From Faecousia sp. (GTDB taxonomy: Bacteria; Bacillota; Clostridia; Oscillospirales; Oscillospiraceae): DNA of 64,000 nucleotides. The translations under genes were made by a program, and so were the position numbers. The notes under the pieces are model-generated. The model saw only the letters and a list, made by a program, of their open reading frames with translations. It did not search any database and was not told the origin of the DNA. Shown here one piece after another: positions 10,369-20,148 of the stretch (positions within the stretch are counted from its first letter, which is position 1; the number at the start of each line of letters is the position of its first letter). The stretch lies in assembly GCA_045119355.1 (NCBI GenBank), contig JBGVDK010000129.1, forward strand, positions 104-64,103, given 5' to 3'.

Positions 10369-11145
10369 TTATGTTCCAAAGAGTTCGCTCAGCGGTGCAA
10401 AGCGGTACCCCATTTCTTCCCACTTTGTCAGGATCTCATCCAGAATCTCCGCATTGGTCTTCGATGTGGAGTGCAGGAGCACCACCGCGCCGTTATGGAT
10501 CCGGGTGGTGAGCTTCTCCATGGCGGTGGCGTGGCTGGGCTGATTATTATTGTCCCAGTCGGCGTAGGCCAGGCTCCAGAAGACGGTTTGATAGCCCAGC
10601 TTCTGGGCCATTTCCAGGTTTTCCTGGGAATATACCCCCTGGGGCGGACGGTAAAATTTCGTCATCTGTTCGCCGGTGATCTCGGTATACAGGGCTTCCA
10701 GATCGCTGAGCTCCTTGGAGAAGGCGTCGAAGTCCGAGATTTTACTCATGTCCGGGTGGTGCATGGTATGGTTGCCCACGGTATGGCCCTCGGCCACCAT
10801 CCGGCGGACCAGGTCCGGGTTCTGTTCCAGATAGTTGCCCACCAGGAAGAAGGTCGCCGGAGCGTTGTGCTTTTTCAGGGCGTCCAGAATCTGAGACGTG
10901 TAGCCGTTCTCATAGCCCGCGTCGAAGGTCAGGTAGATGACCTTTTCCTCCGTATTGCCCAGGTACAACGCGTCAAGCTTCGCCAGGGCGTCGGCACTGG
11001 CCGGGCCTGCCGGGGGTTGACCGGCCACCTGGAAGGACAGGCCCCAGCTTCCCGTTTCCAGCACGCCCCCGCCGAAGCCGGTGATCAGCAGGACGATGGA
11101 AAGCAAAATCGCGAAAAAGACGATGATCATATCCAGTTTTTCCAT
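10369..11145 (-). CDS. Polysaccharide deacetylase (PdaA-like muramic delta-lactam deacetylase)
   Basis: IYLTFDAGYENG, GNHTMHHPD, RPPQG, VLLH; N-terminal TM segment; the ORF-track extension derives from a repeat. Confidence 0.9.
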   Translation of the reverse strand: MEKLDMIIVFFAILLSIVLLITGFGGGVLETGSWGLSFQVAGQPPAGPASADALAKLDALYLGNTEEKVIYLTFDAGYENGYTSQILDALKKHNAPATFFLVGNYLEQNPDLVRRMVAEGHTVGNHTMHHPDMSKISDFDAFSKELSDLEALYTEITGEQMTKFYRPPQGVYSQENLEMAQKLGYQTVFWSLAYADWDNNNQPSHATAMEKLTTRIHNGAVVLLHSTSKTNAEILDEILTKWEEMGYRFAPLSELFGT

Positions 11146-11208
11146 AAACAAACCCCTCCCGGGACAGCTTACGTGACCGGGAGGGGCTTTATGACTCGCC
11201 GCAAGGTT

Positions 11209-11319
11209 TGTCATCCTGAGCGAGTGAAACGAGTCGAAGGATCTTCGCACCGATTCAGGCGCAAATGTAATCATACTGCGAAGATCCTTCGACTCCACTG
11301 CGCTCCGCTCAGGATGACA
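11209..11319. repeat. TGTCATCCTGAGC...GCTCAGGATGACA palindromic element (CGTC-type REP), copy 1
   Basis: Terminal IR plus inner GAGTCGAAGGATCTTCGCA/TGCGAAGATCCTTCGACTC. Confidence 0.9.
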
Positions 11320-11398
11320 GGACGGGCGAATAACAAAAATTCTGGCGAACGTGTAGAAATATTTCTTCCAAAAGAAGGGAGTTTTGTCAAATTTCCAA

Positions 11399-11426
11399 TT
11401 GATATTTTTGTATCTTTTGCTATAAT
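11399..11426 (+). promoter_or_regulatory. sigmaA promoter of the oxidoreductase operon
   Basis: TTGATA...TG-C-TATAAT extended -10. Confidence 0.65.
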
Positions 11427-11495
11427 GGAAAGTGGCTTATAGTGAGCCCCGTACTTAGGAATTTGACAAAATCAAACGATAAGGAGTGATTCTTG

Positions 11496-11984
11496 ATGTG
11501 CTGCAATCACAAGAGTGTGGATCTGAGCCTGCTGAATGACGTGCTGGAGCATTACGCCGACGTTAAGGGCAGCCTGATCACCATTCTGCAAAAAACGCAG
11601 GAGATCTATGGCTACATCCCCATCGATGCCGTTTACCACATCGCGGAGCGTACCGGCTCCACCCCCGCCAAGGTGCTGGGCGTGGCGACCTTCTATTCCC
11701 AGTTCCGGTTCCAGGCCGTGGGTAAGTACCTGATCATGCTGTGCAAGGGCACCGCCTGCTATGTCAATGGCGCCGAGCGGATCATCGAGGCTGTGAAGGA
11801 AGAGCTGGGCATCGGCGACAACGAGACCACCGAGGACGGCCTGTTCTCCCTGAGCCTGGTTAGCTGCCTGGGCTGCTGCTCCCTGGCCCCTGTTATGATG
11901 ATCAACGAGGATACTTACGGCTCCCTGACTCCCGACAAGGTCAAGAAGATCCTGCGGGACATCCGTGAAAAGGAGGGCATGTAA
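11496..11984 (+). CDS. NuoE/HydC-like [2Fe-2S] subunit
   Basis: GVATFYSQF, CKGTAC, CLGCCSLAP. Confidence 0.93.
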   Translation: MCCNHKSVDLSLLNDVLEHYADVKGSLITILQKTQEIYGYIPIDAVYHIAERTGSTPAKVLGVATFYSQFRFQAVGKYLIMLCKGTACYVNGAERIIEAVKEELGIGDNETTEDGLFSLSLVSCLGCCSLAPVMMINEDTYGSLTPDKVKKILRDIREKEGM

Positions 11985-13741
11985 TGAATACCAGAATCGT
12001 AGTTGGCGAAGGCTCCTGCGGCCTGGCCGCCGGCGCGGGCGCGGTTTACTCCGCCCTGGAAGCCAAGCTGAACCCTGAGATCAAGGCCGAGCTGTCCATC
12101 ACCGGCTGTATCGGCATCTGCTACCTGGAGCCCATCGTGGACGTTTACGCTCCCGACGGCAAGCTGTACCGCTGCGTCCAGGTCAAGCCCGAGGACGCCG
12201 AGACCATCGTCGAGGCTGCCAAGACCGAGAACTTTGACCTGCTGAAGGACATCGTCATCAAGGAAGAGGACGAGCAGTTCCTGTCCAAGCAGACCCGTAT
12301 TGCCCTGCGGCACTGCGGCATCATCAACCCCGAAGATATCAACGCCTACATCGCCGATGACGGCTATCAGGCTCTGGAGAAGGTTCTGAAGACCATGACC
12401 CCCGAGGAGGTCATCGAGCAGATCAAGATCTCCGGTCTGGGCGGCCGCGGCGGCGCTGGTTTCCCCACCTGGTTCAAGTGGAACGCTGCCCGCCAGAGTG
12501 CCGGCGAAGAGAAGTACCTGATCTGCAACGCCGACGAGGGCGACCCCGGTGCATTCATGGACCGTGCCGTCATCGAGTCCGACCCCCACAACCTGATCGA
12601 GGGTATGCTGATCGGCGCTTACGCCATCGGCGCAAAGGAAGCCGTTGTCTACGTCCGTGCTGAGTATCCCCTGGCCATCGTCCGTCTGACCAATGCCATC
12701 AAGCAGGCTGAGGAGAAGGGCTACCTGGGCGAGAACATCATGGGCACCGGCTTTAGCTGCAAGATGCGGATCAAGGCCGGCGCAGGCGCATTCGTCTGCG
12801 GCGAGGAGACCGCTCTGATCGAGTCCCTGGAAGGCAACCGGGGTATGCCCCGCCTGAAGCCTCCCTTCCCCGCACAGGCCGGTTACTGGCTGAAGCCCTC
12901 CAACATCAACAACGTTGAGACCTTCGCCAACATCGCCTGGATCATCAACAACGGCGGCGCCGCGTTCTCCGCAATGGGCACCGAGAATAGTAAGGGCACC
13001 AAGGTCTTCGCTGTCACCGGTAAGGTCAAGCGCTCCGGCCTGGTGGAGATCCCCATGGGCAAGACCCTCCGGGACGTCATCTTTGACATCGCCGGCGGCA
13101 TCCGGGACGGCCACGAGTTCAAGGCTGTCCAGATGGGCGGCCCCTCCGGCGGCTGCATCCCCGCGCACCTGCTGGACACCGTCATCGACTACCGGGCTCT
13201 GGGCGCAACCGGCGCCATCATGGGCTCCGGCGGTATGGTCGTCATGGACGAGACCACCTGCATGGTGGGCATCGCCAAGTTCTTCCTGGAGTTCACCACC
13301 AAGGAGTCCTGCGGTAAGTGCGTCCACTGCCGCATCGGCACCAAGCGCCTGAGCGAGATCCTGAACCGGATCGTCTCCGGCGAGGGCAAGGAAGGCGACG
13401 TGGAGCTGCTGGAAGAGCTCTGCACCACCATCAAGGACGGCGCGCTCTGCGGCCTGGGCCAGACCGCTCCCAACCCCGTTCTGACCACCATCCGCTACTT
13501 CCGCAACGAGTACGACGCCCACATCCGGGAGAAGAAGTGCCCCGCAAAGGCCTGCACCGCTCTGCTGACCTACTCCATCGATCCCGAGAAGTGCGTCGGC
13601 TGCTCCCTGTGCTCCAAGAAGTGCCCCGTGGGTGCCATCTCCGGCGAGCTGAAGAAGACCTATACCATCGATTCCAACGTCTGTATCCGCTGCGGCGCCT
13701 GTAAGAATACCTGCCGCAAGGGCGCGGTCGTGGTGGAATAA
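11984..13741 (+). CDS. NuoF/HydB-like FMN/NADH-binding subunit with C-terminal 2x[4Fe-4S]
   Basis: GRGGAGFPT, NADEGDPGAFMDR, CGEETAL, ESCGKC, two CxxCxxCxxxC motifs. Confidence 0.95.
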   Translation: MNTRIVVGEGSCGLAAGAGAVYSALEAKLNPEIKAELSITGCIGICYLEPIVDVYAPDGKLYRCVQVKPEDAETIVEAAKTENFDLLKDIVIKEEDEQFLSKQTRIALRHCGIINPEDINAYIADDGYQALEKVLKTMTPEEVIEQIKISGLGGRGGAGFPTWFKWNAARQSAGEEKYLICNADEGDPGAFMDRAVIESDPHNLIEGMLIGAYAIGAKEAVVYVRAEYPLAIVRLTNAIKQAEEKGYLGENIMGTGFSCKMRIKAGAGAFVCGEETALIESLEGNRGMPRLKPPFPAQAGYWLKPSNINNVETFANIAWIINNGGAAFSAMGTENSKGTKVFAVTGKVKRSGLVEIPMGKTLRDVIFDIAGGIRDGHEFKAVQMGGPSGGCIPAHLLDTVIDYRALGATGAIMGSGGMVVMDETTCMVGIAKFFLEFTTKESCGKCVHCRIGTKRLSEILNRIVSGEGKEGDVELLEELCTTIKDGALCGLGQTAPNPVLTTIRYFRNEYDAHIREKKCPAKACTALLTYSIDPEKCVGCSLCSKKCPVGAISGELKKTYTIDSNVCIRCGACKNTCRKGAVVVE

Positions 13742-13754
13742 GGAGGTACGAGAT

Positions 13755-15788
13755 ATGCCTGAAATCAAACTGACTATTAACGGCAAGGAATGCGTGGGCC
13801 AGAAGGGCCAGACCATTCTGGAAATTGCCGAGGCCAACGGCATCTTCATCCCCACCCTGTGCCACCTGGCTGAGGTGAAGCACTACGGCGCCTGCGGCGT
13901 CTGCGTGGTCGAGGGTAAGAACATGCCCAAGCTGATGCGCTCCTGCTCCACCATGGCCGCCGACGGCATGGACATCAACACCGAGTCTAAGCGCTGCGTC
14001 CAGGCCCGTAAGGTTGCCCTGGAGCTGCTGATGAGCGACCACGACGGCGACTGCAAGGGCCCCTGCGGCCTGAACTGCCCTGCCCACACCGATGTCCAGG
14101 GCTACGTCAAGGAGATCGCCAACGGCAACGATCACGGCGCCGTGAAGATCATCAAGGAGAAGATCCCCCTGCCCGCATCCATCGGCCGTGTGTGCCCCCA
14201 TCCCTGCGAGGAGAAGTGCCGCCGTGCTCTGGTGGAGCAGCCCCTGTCCATCGCCTATCTGAAGGCCTTCGCTGCCGACAATGATATGGCTTCCGCAAAC
14301 CCCTACAAGCCCGAGGTTGCCGCTGCCACCGGTAAGAAGGTCGCCATCGTCGGCGGCGGTCCCGCCGGTCTGTCTGCCGCTTACCAGCTGGCGGTCAAGG
14401 GCCACGGCGTCACCGTTCTGGACATGATGCCCGAGATGGGCGGCATGCTCCGCTACGGCATCCCCGAGTACCGTCTGCCCAAGGCTGTTCTGGCCGCTGA
14501 GGTGGCCTCCATCGCCGCTCTGGGCGTGGAGATGAAGAACAACATCAAGGTCGGCGTGGACGTGACCCTGGACTCCCTCCGGGCCGAGTACGACGCCGTT
14601 CTGGTGGCCGTCGGCGCCTGGAAGTCCACCGGTGTGGGCTGCGAAGGCGACAAGCTGGATGGCGTTCTGGGCGGCATCGACCTGCTGCGGGAAGTGAACC
14701 TGGGCGGCCGTCCCGACCTGGGCAAGAACGTCGCCGTTGTCGGCGGCGGCAACGTGGCCATGGACGCCTGCCGGACCGCTGTCCGTCTGGGCGCTGAGCA
14801 CGTTTACGTCATCTACCGCCGTACCCGCGCCGAGGCTCCCGCCGAGGATCTGGAGATCGAAGAGGCTCTGGAGGAAGGCGTGGACTTCAAGTGGCTGACC
14901 AACCCCGCTGAGATCATCGGCGAGAACGGTAAGGTCGTCAAGATCAAGCTGCAGGTCATGGAGCTGGGCGAGCCCGACGCCTCCGGCCGCCGCTCCCCTG
15001 TGCCTGTGGAGGGCAAGTTCGAGATTCTGGATGTGGATACCGTCATCTCCGCCATCGGCCAGCGCTGCGCCCTGCAGGGCTTCGAGGCTCTGACCCAGAC
15101 CCGGAAGGGCACCATCGAGGCCAGCGAGAACAACTGCACCACCAACCTGGAGGGTGTGTTCGCCGCCGGTGACGCCACCAACCGCGGTCCCTCCATCGCT
15201 GTCCGCGCCATCGGCGAGGCCAACGACGCTGCCACCGCCATCGACGCTTACCTGAATGGCCGTGACATGAAGATCCCCACTCCCTACTACTCCGAGCGGA
15301 AGGTCACTGCTGAGGACTTCGCCGACCGGGAGAAGCTGGCTCGCGCCGAGATGTCCTGCAAGGATCCCTCCTACCGCAAGGGCAACTTCGACGCCGTGAT
15401 CAACGGCTTCACCGACGAGCAGGCCCGGGCTGAGGCCAAGCGCTGCCTGGAATGCGGCTGCCACGACTTCCACGACTGCAAGCTGGTGCATCACACCAAC
15501 CTGTACGAAGTCAACCCCAACCGTTTCGCCGGCGCGAAGCGGAAGACCGGCTCCGAGACCAAGCTGGTCTGCATCGAGCGCAACGAGGGCAAGTGCATCC
15601 TCTGCGGTCTGTGCGTCCGTGTCTGTGAAGAGGTTGCGGGCGAGGGCCTGCTGGGCCTGGTGGGCCGTGGCTTCGGCACCGTCATTAAGCCCGAGTTCCG
15701 GGATCCCGAGAAGATCGCCAAGTGTGCCACCTGCAAGAAGTGCGCGGAGGCATGCCCCACCGGCGCTCTGAAGATCCTCAACAAGTAA
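13755..15788 (+). CDS. [2Fe-2S]-GltD/NfnB-like FAD oxidoreductase-[4Fe-4S] fusion (StnC/Nfn-BfuA-like)
   Basis: IPTLC..CGVC N-terminus, GRVCPHPCE, GGGPAG, GGGNVAMD, YRRT, AAGD, RCLEC, CILCGLCVRVC; no H-cluster motifs seen. Confidence 0.85.
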   Translation: MPEIKLTINGKECVGQKGQTILEIAEANGIFIPTLCHLAEVKHYGACGVCVVEGKNMPKLMRSCSTMAADGMDINTESKRCVQARKVALELLMSDHDGDCKGPCGLNCPAHTDVQGYVKEIANGNDHGAVKIIKEKIPLPASIGRVCPHPCEEKCRRALVEQPLSIAYLKAFAADNDMASANPYKPEVAAATGKKVAIVGGGPAGLSAAYQLAVKGHGVTVLDMMPEMGGMLRYGIPEYRLPKAVLAAEVASIAALGVEMKNNIKVGVDVTLDSLRAEYDAVLVAVGAWKSTGVGCEGDKLDGVLGGIDLLREVNLGGRPDLGKNVAVVGGGNVAMDACRTAVRLGAEHVYVIYRRTRAEAPAEDLEIEEALEEGVDFKWLTNPAEIIGENGKVVKIKLQVMELGEPDASGRRSPVPVEGKFEILDVDTVISAIGQRCALQGFEALTQTRKGTIEASENNCTTNLEGVFAAGDATNRGPSIAVRAIGEANDAATAIDAYLNGRDMKIPTPYYSERKVTAEDFADREKLARAEMSCKDPSYRKGNFDAVINGFTDEQARAEAKRCLECGCHDFHDCKLVHHTNLYEVNPNRFAGAKRKTGSETKLVCIERNEGKCILCGLCVRVCEEVAGEGLLGLVGRGFGTVIKPEFRDPEKIAKCATCKKCAEACPTGALKILNK

Positions 15789-15804
15789 ATTTGGTAATAT
15801 ATGG

Positions 15805-15837
15805 AAAATCCTCCCGATTACTCGGGAGGATTTTTTG
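15805..15837 (+). terminator. Intrinsic terminator
   Basis: AAAATCCTCCCGA-TTAC-TCGGGAGGATTTTTT. Confidence 0.85.
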
Positions 15838-15875
15838 TCCACATTTTGCGCAATGACTGTGGAAAAATTGTCATC

Positions 15876-15990
15876 GTAGGGACCGGCGTCCTCGACGGTC
15901 CGTCGGTAAAATTTGACCGCGATGGGCAAATTTTTCCGCATACAATGCCGCCTATCGGCGGAGCGGACCGTCCAGGAGGCCGGTCCCTAC
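15876..15990. repeat. GTAG REPIN family A, 115-bp type
   Basis: GTAGGGACCGGCGTCCTCGACGGTCCG ... CGGACCGTCCAGGAGGCCGGTCCCTAC. Confidence 0.92.
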
Positions 15991-16000
15991 ATACATAAAA

Positions 16001-16036
16001 TGAATCCCCTGTGCGAAATTTGCACAGGGGATTCAA
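16001..16036 (-). terminator. mscL terminator
   Basis: TGAATCCCCTGTGC/GCACAGGGGATTCA inverted repeat. Confidence 0.7.
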
Positions 16037-16046
16037 AATCTGTGGA

Positions 16047-16553
16047 TTACTTTTCGGCGTTGGCCTTCAGCAGGTCACGGATCTCGGTGAGGAGCACTTC
16101 CTCAGCGGAGGGAGCGGGAGGCGCGGGCTCTTCGACGACAGCGGCTTCTTCTTCCTTCTTCTTGCCCAGCTCGGAGAGCTTGTTCAGGCCCTTCACCAGG
16201 AAGAAGACCACCAGGGCCAGAATGGAGAAGTTGATGACGGCGGAGATGAAGTTGCCGTAGGTCAGATAGTTCTGGACCTCCTGAACCACTTCAGCGCCGG
16301 TGGCGTCGATGACGGTCTCATAGGTGGGCTGCACCCAGGGCATCCGGGGCAGGGCGATCTTGGCGTCGGAGAAGTCCGCGCCGCCCATGAAGATGTTCAC
16401 GATGGGCATGATCAGATCGTTGGTCAGGCTTGCGGTGATGGTGGAGAATGCGCCGCCGATGATGGTACCAACAGCCAGCGCCATGGCGTTGCCCTTGACG
16501 GCGAAGGCGATGAACTCGTCCCACCAGGAGGGATTCTTGACGGGGTTCTTCAT
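16047..16553 (-). CDS. mscL: Large-conductance mechanosensitive channel
   Basis: EFIAFAVKGNAMALAVGTIIGGAF, YGNFISAVINF, LLTEIRDLLK. Confidence 0.93.
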   Translation of the reverse strand: MKNPVKNPSWWDEFIAFAVKGNAMALAVGTIIGGAFSTITASLTNDLIMPIVNIFMGGADFSDAKIALPRMPWVQPTYETVIDATGAEVVQEVQNYLTYGNFISAVINFSILALVVFFLVKGLNKLSELGKKKEEEAAVVEEPAPPAPSAEEVLLTEIRDLLKANAEK

Positions 16554-16627
16554 GTTATATGTTCCTTTCATTGTTTAATGGGGATCCGCGTTATGTGCTT
16601 GATCGGTGCTCCGGTTTCATTGGATCA

Positions 16628-17146
16628 TTAGAAGAAGATAAAATAGATCATAAGCCCAATGAATACCAGACTGATCAGTTTTACCACCAGATTTCCCAGG
16701 AGTTCCAGCGGTTCGGGCAATCCAAACAGGGCCAGGAGCACAAACAGCGCAACGATCACTCCGATGGCGATCAGATATCCGATGCACCCTTTGCCGCAGC
16801 CTTCGCTGTCCGAGGAAGAGGAACTGGAAGTATCTTCTTTTTTGGGGGTGGTACTGGGCTTGGGAGCTGGTTTGGAGGTGGGCTTTTCCGGTTTCTCATT
16901 CAGGATCTCCGCGATGGAATCCTTGGAAGGGGCCTGACTTTTCAGCTTTTTCCAATCGTTCAGATTATTCAGATTTTCCGAGGTGTTTCCCTTGGCTTGC
17001 GTGCCCGGTTTGCTGGGGAGGATTCGTTCAATCTGCTGATCCGATGGTTTCAGGTCTTTCATGAGACCGATCTGCTGTTCGTCCTCAGATATGTTCAGCT
17101 TCCCATTTTCCAGCGGTAAATTTGGAATCTTGTTTTCCGGATCCAT
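16628..17146 (-). CDS. Hypothetical membrane protein (low-complexity N-terminus, two C-terminal TM helices)
   Basis: GGAGG RBS; lower GC than neighbouring genes. Confidence 0.7.
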   Translation of the reverse strand: MDPENKIPNLPLENGKLNISEDEQQIGLMKDLKPSDQQIERILPSKPGTQAKGNTSENLNNLNDWKKLKSQAPSKDSIAEILNEKPEKPTSKPAPKPSTTPKKEDTSSSSSSDSEGCGKGCIGYLIAIGVIVALFVLLALFGLPEPLELLGNLVVKLISLVFIGLMIYFIFF

Positions 17147-17182
17147 AAGATCCTCCGTTCTCTCTCTTTTGGAAGAGGTGGA

Positions 17183-18514
17183 TTACTTCTTCTCGATGAC
17201 CTCGATACCGCCCAGGTATTTCCGCAGCACCTCGGGAACCACCACGGAGCCGTCGGCACGCTGGTTCTGCTCCACGATGGCGGGGAAGATCCGGGAGGTG
17301 GCCAGGCCGGAGCCGTTCAGGGTGTGAACGAAGTCGATCTTGCCGTCGGCGCGGCGGTAGCGGGTGTTGCCACGGCGGGCCTGGTAGTCACGGGCGTTGG
17401 AGACGGAGGAAACCTCCTTATAGCCGTTCATGGAGGGGATCAGGATCTCGATGTCGTAGGTCCGGGCCATGGAGGCGGAGCAGTCGCCCGCGGCCAGCTT
17501 CACGGTGCGGAAGTGCAGGCCCAGACCGGCGACCAGGTTCTCAGCCTTCTTCACCAGCTCCTCAAAGGCCTCGTCGGAACCCTCGGGGGTGGTGAACTGG
17601 AACATCTCCACCTTGTTGAACTGGTGGCCGCGCACCATGCCCCGCTCATAGGCACGGTGGGAACCGGCCTCCCGGCGGAAGCAGGGGGTGTAGGCGAAGA
17701 ACTTCTTGGGCAGGTCCGCCTCGGTCAGAATCTCGTCCCGGTACACGGAAGCCAGAGCGGCCTCGGCGGTGGGCAGCATATAGAACATGCCGTTCTCGGT
17801 GGGATGGTTGGCGATCTTGAAGACCTCGTCGGCGAACTTGGGGAACTGGCCCGCGGTCTCGCCGCACTGGTACTCCAGCATGTGGGGAGGCAGGATGAAG
17901 TCGTAGCCGTCGGCGGTGTGGGTGTCGATGAAGTAGTTCAGCAGAGCCCACTCAAGTCTTGCGCCCATGCCGGTGTACATCCAGTTGCCGGAACCGGCCA
18001 GCTTGACGCCCCGCTCATAGTCGATCAGGCCCAGGTCCCGGCACAGATCCACATGGTGCTTGGGCTCGAAATCGAAGCTGTGCTTCTCGCCGATGTAGCG
18101 CAGAGGCTCGTTGTTCTCCTTGCCGCCGGGGAGCAGGTCGGGGTCGGGCATATTGGGCAGGCTCAGCATCAGGGTCCGGTACTCGGCCAGGACCTTTTCC
18201 AGCTCCGCGGACTCGGCGGCGATGCCGTCGTCCAGGGCGGCAACCTGAGCGGTCAGGTCTTCCAGAGCGGCCTTCGCGGCGGAGGCGTCCTCGCCGGTCT
18301 TCTCAGCCTTCTTGATCTGGCCCATGTACTTGCCGAATTCCTTGGACAGCTTCTTCTTCTGGGCGGTCTTGCCCTCGGAGGAGGTGATCAGGGTCCGGCG
18401 GAGCTCGTCCAGCTCCAGAATGCGGTCAATGGCGGCGTCGCAGTCCACTTCCTTGGCCTTCATACCGGCCTTGACTGCCTCGGGGTTCTCTTTGATTCGT
18501 TTGATGTCAAGCAT
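17183..18514 (-). CDS. serS: Serine--tRNA ligase
   Basis: MLDIK, PTAE, CFRREAG, HQFNKVE, HTLNGSGLA. Confidence 0.97.
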   Translation of the reverse strand: MLDIKRIKENPEAVKAGMKAKEVDCDAAIDRILELDELRRTLITSSEGKTAQKKKLSKEFGKYMGQIKKAEKTGEDASAAKAALEDLTAQVAALDDGIAAESAELEKVLAEYRTLMLSLPNMPDPDLLPGGKENNEPLRYIGEKHSFDFEPKHHVDLCRDLGLIDYERGVKLAGSGNWMYTGMGARLEWALLNYFIDTHTADGYDFILPPHMLEYQCGETAGQFPKFADEVFKIANHPTENGMFYMLPTAEAALASVYRDEILTEADLPKKFFAYTPCFRREAGSHRAYERGMVRGHQFNKVEMFQFTTPEGSDEAFEELVKKAENLVAGLGLHFRTVKLAAGDCSASMARTYDIEILIPSMNGYKEVSSVSNARDYQARRGNTRYRRADGKIDFVHTLNGSGLATSRIFPAIVEQNQRADGSVVVPEVLRKYLGGIEVIEKK

Positions 18515-18526
18515 TGTTCTTACTCC

Positions 18527-19240
18527 TTATTCCTGACCGAGATAGGGCTGTTCCATATACTCGATCACCATATAATATGCGTTTTTGCCTTCGTCGCTGA
18601 GCACGTCCAGCATAGATTCCAGTTCCTTCATGGCCGTTTCCAGCACTTCCTCATCATAGTCGATGAAGGCGTTCTGGGCACGGACCAGGGTCTTATAGGC
18701 CGTCAGGGTCCGCTGGTACTTCTCGTTGTCCTCGGTGTAGAACTGGGCGTTCTCGGTGTATTCCAGGCTGTTGGACAGCTCGTCGATCATGATGTTCAGA
18801 TTGTCCATCATTTCCTGCTTTTCCATCAGCTCGGCGGTGAGCTCCTCGTTCTCGGTCTTCAGGGACTCGTTCTCCTCTTCCAGCTCGTTGATCCGGTCGT
18901 AGAGCTCCTGAATCTGGATGGAGTTTTCCGCGGGATCGGTGCCGCTGGGGTCATTGGTCTGGCCCCGGAGGAAGAGGCTCAGCAGCACCACAACAAAGGC
19001 GATGCCGAACAGTCCCACCAGATACCACACCAGGGCGCACTTGCGCTTCTCGGTGATGACGGTCTTTTGCTTCGGCTCCTCGGGGGCAGCGGAGGACTGC
19101 TCTTCCGGGGCAGGATCGGCCTTCGCGGGCTTTTCCTTCTTCTTTTTCCCGGGCAGCTCGGTTTCGGGGGGGTCCTTCAGCAGGTCCCACAGCTCGCTTT
19201 CGTTCAGCTCGGTGTCTTTCTGTTCGTTTTCGGTGTTCAT
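18527..19240 (-). CDS. Single-TM coiled-coil hypothetical protein
   Basis: TM helix followed by an acidic coiled coil; start overlaps the parB stop. Confidence 0.8.
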   Translation of the reverse strand: MNTENEQKDTELNESELWDLLKDPPETELPGKKKKEKPAKADPAPEEQSSAAPEEPKQKTVITEKRKCALVWYLVGLFGIAFVVVLLSLFLRGQTNDPSGTDPAENSIQIQELYDRINELEEENESLKTENEELTAELMEKQEMMDNLNIMIDELSNSLEYTENAQFYTEDNEKYQRTLTAYKTLVRAQNAFIDYDEEVLETAMKELESMLDVLSDEGKNAYYMVIEYMEQPYLGQE

Positions 19241-20121
19241 TTTTTCTCTGCTCCTTTCAGGGTCATCAGCGCGTCCAGAAGGTTCTGTAGATCATCCTGT
19301 CCATAATACTCCAATTCAAAACGTCCCTTGCGCTTGCCGTTGACGATTTTCACGCCCCGGCCCAAGGCTTTGGACAGGCTTTTCTCACATTCGGCGATGT
19401 AGTTGACTTCCAGCCTCTTCTCCTGCTTCGGCTCTTCGGGAGTCTCCTTGTTCATATTCCGGCATAGAAGCTCCGCCTGCCGCACCGACAGGTCCAGGGC
19501 CGCAATCTTCTGGGCGGCTTCCTCCTGCTTTTTCACGGACTTGACTGTGAGGATTGCCCGGGCGTGTCCGGCGGTGAGCTTGCCGCTGCGGAGCATCTCC
19601 ATCACCGGCTCGCTTAGGGCAAGCAGCCGCAGGGAGTTGGTCACCGCCGAGCGGGACTTGCCCACCTGTTTCGCGACGTCCTCCTGGCTCAGTTCAAACT
19701 CTCCGATGAGCTTCTGATAGCCCAGGGCCTCTTCCACCGGGTTCAGGTCCTGACGCTGCAGGTTTTCAATCAGGGCCAGCTCCGTGGCCTTCCGGTCGTC
19801 GGCTTCGATGATTACGGCGGGGATGTCGTTCAGGCCCGCCATCCGGCTGGCCCGCCAGCGGCGCTCGCCGGCGATGATCTGATAATACCCGCTGTCCATC
19901 AGCCGCACCGTCAGGGGCTGGATCAGTCCGTGGACGGAAATGGATTCCGCCAGAGCCTGAAGCTCCTCGGGGTCGAAGTCCTGCCGGGGCTGGTCCGGGT
20001 TGGGTTCGATCTTATAGATCGGCAGCAGCTTGTAGCCGGAGCTTTCCTCGATGGGCTCGCTGAAGTCGCCGAACAGCGCGCCCACGCCCTTGCCCAGGCC
20101 TTTTTGCTTTGCCAAACTCAT
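19237..20121 (-). CDS. parB: ParB/Spo0J partition protein
   Basis: PNPDQPR, IAGERRWRA, LIENLQRQDL, KSRSAVTNSLRLL. Confidence 0.96.
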   Translation of the reverse strand: MSLAKQKGLGKGVGALFGDFSEPIEESSGYKLLPIYKIEPNPDQPRQDFDPEELQALAESISVHGLIQPLTVRLMDSGYYQIIAGERRWRASRMAGLNDIPAVIIEADDRKATELALIENLQRQDLNPVEEALGYQKLIGEFELSQEDVAKQVGKSRSAVTNSLRLLALSEPVMEMLRSGKLTAGHARAILTVKSVKKQEEAAQKIAALDLSVRQAELLCRNMNKETPEEPKQEKRLEVNYIAECEKSLSKALGRGVKIVNGKRKGRFELEYYGQDDLQNLLDALMTLKGAEKK

Positions 20122-20148
20122 CATCCTTCCTTATTTCAATATGTATGG

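Noticed and set aside
11496-15788. [FeFe]-hydrogenase or complex I operon
   Set aside because: No H-cluster motifs and no membrane subunits
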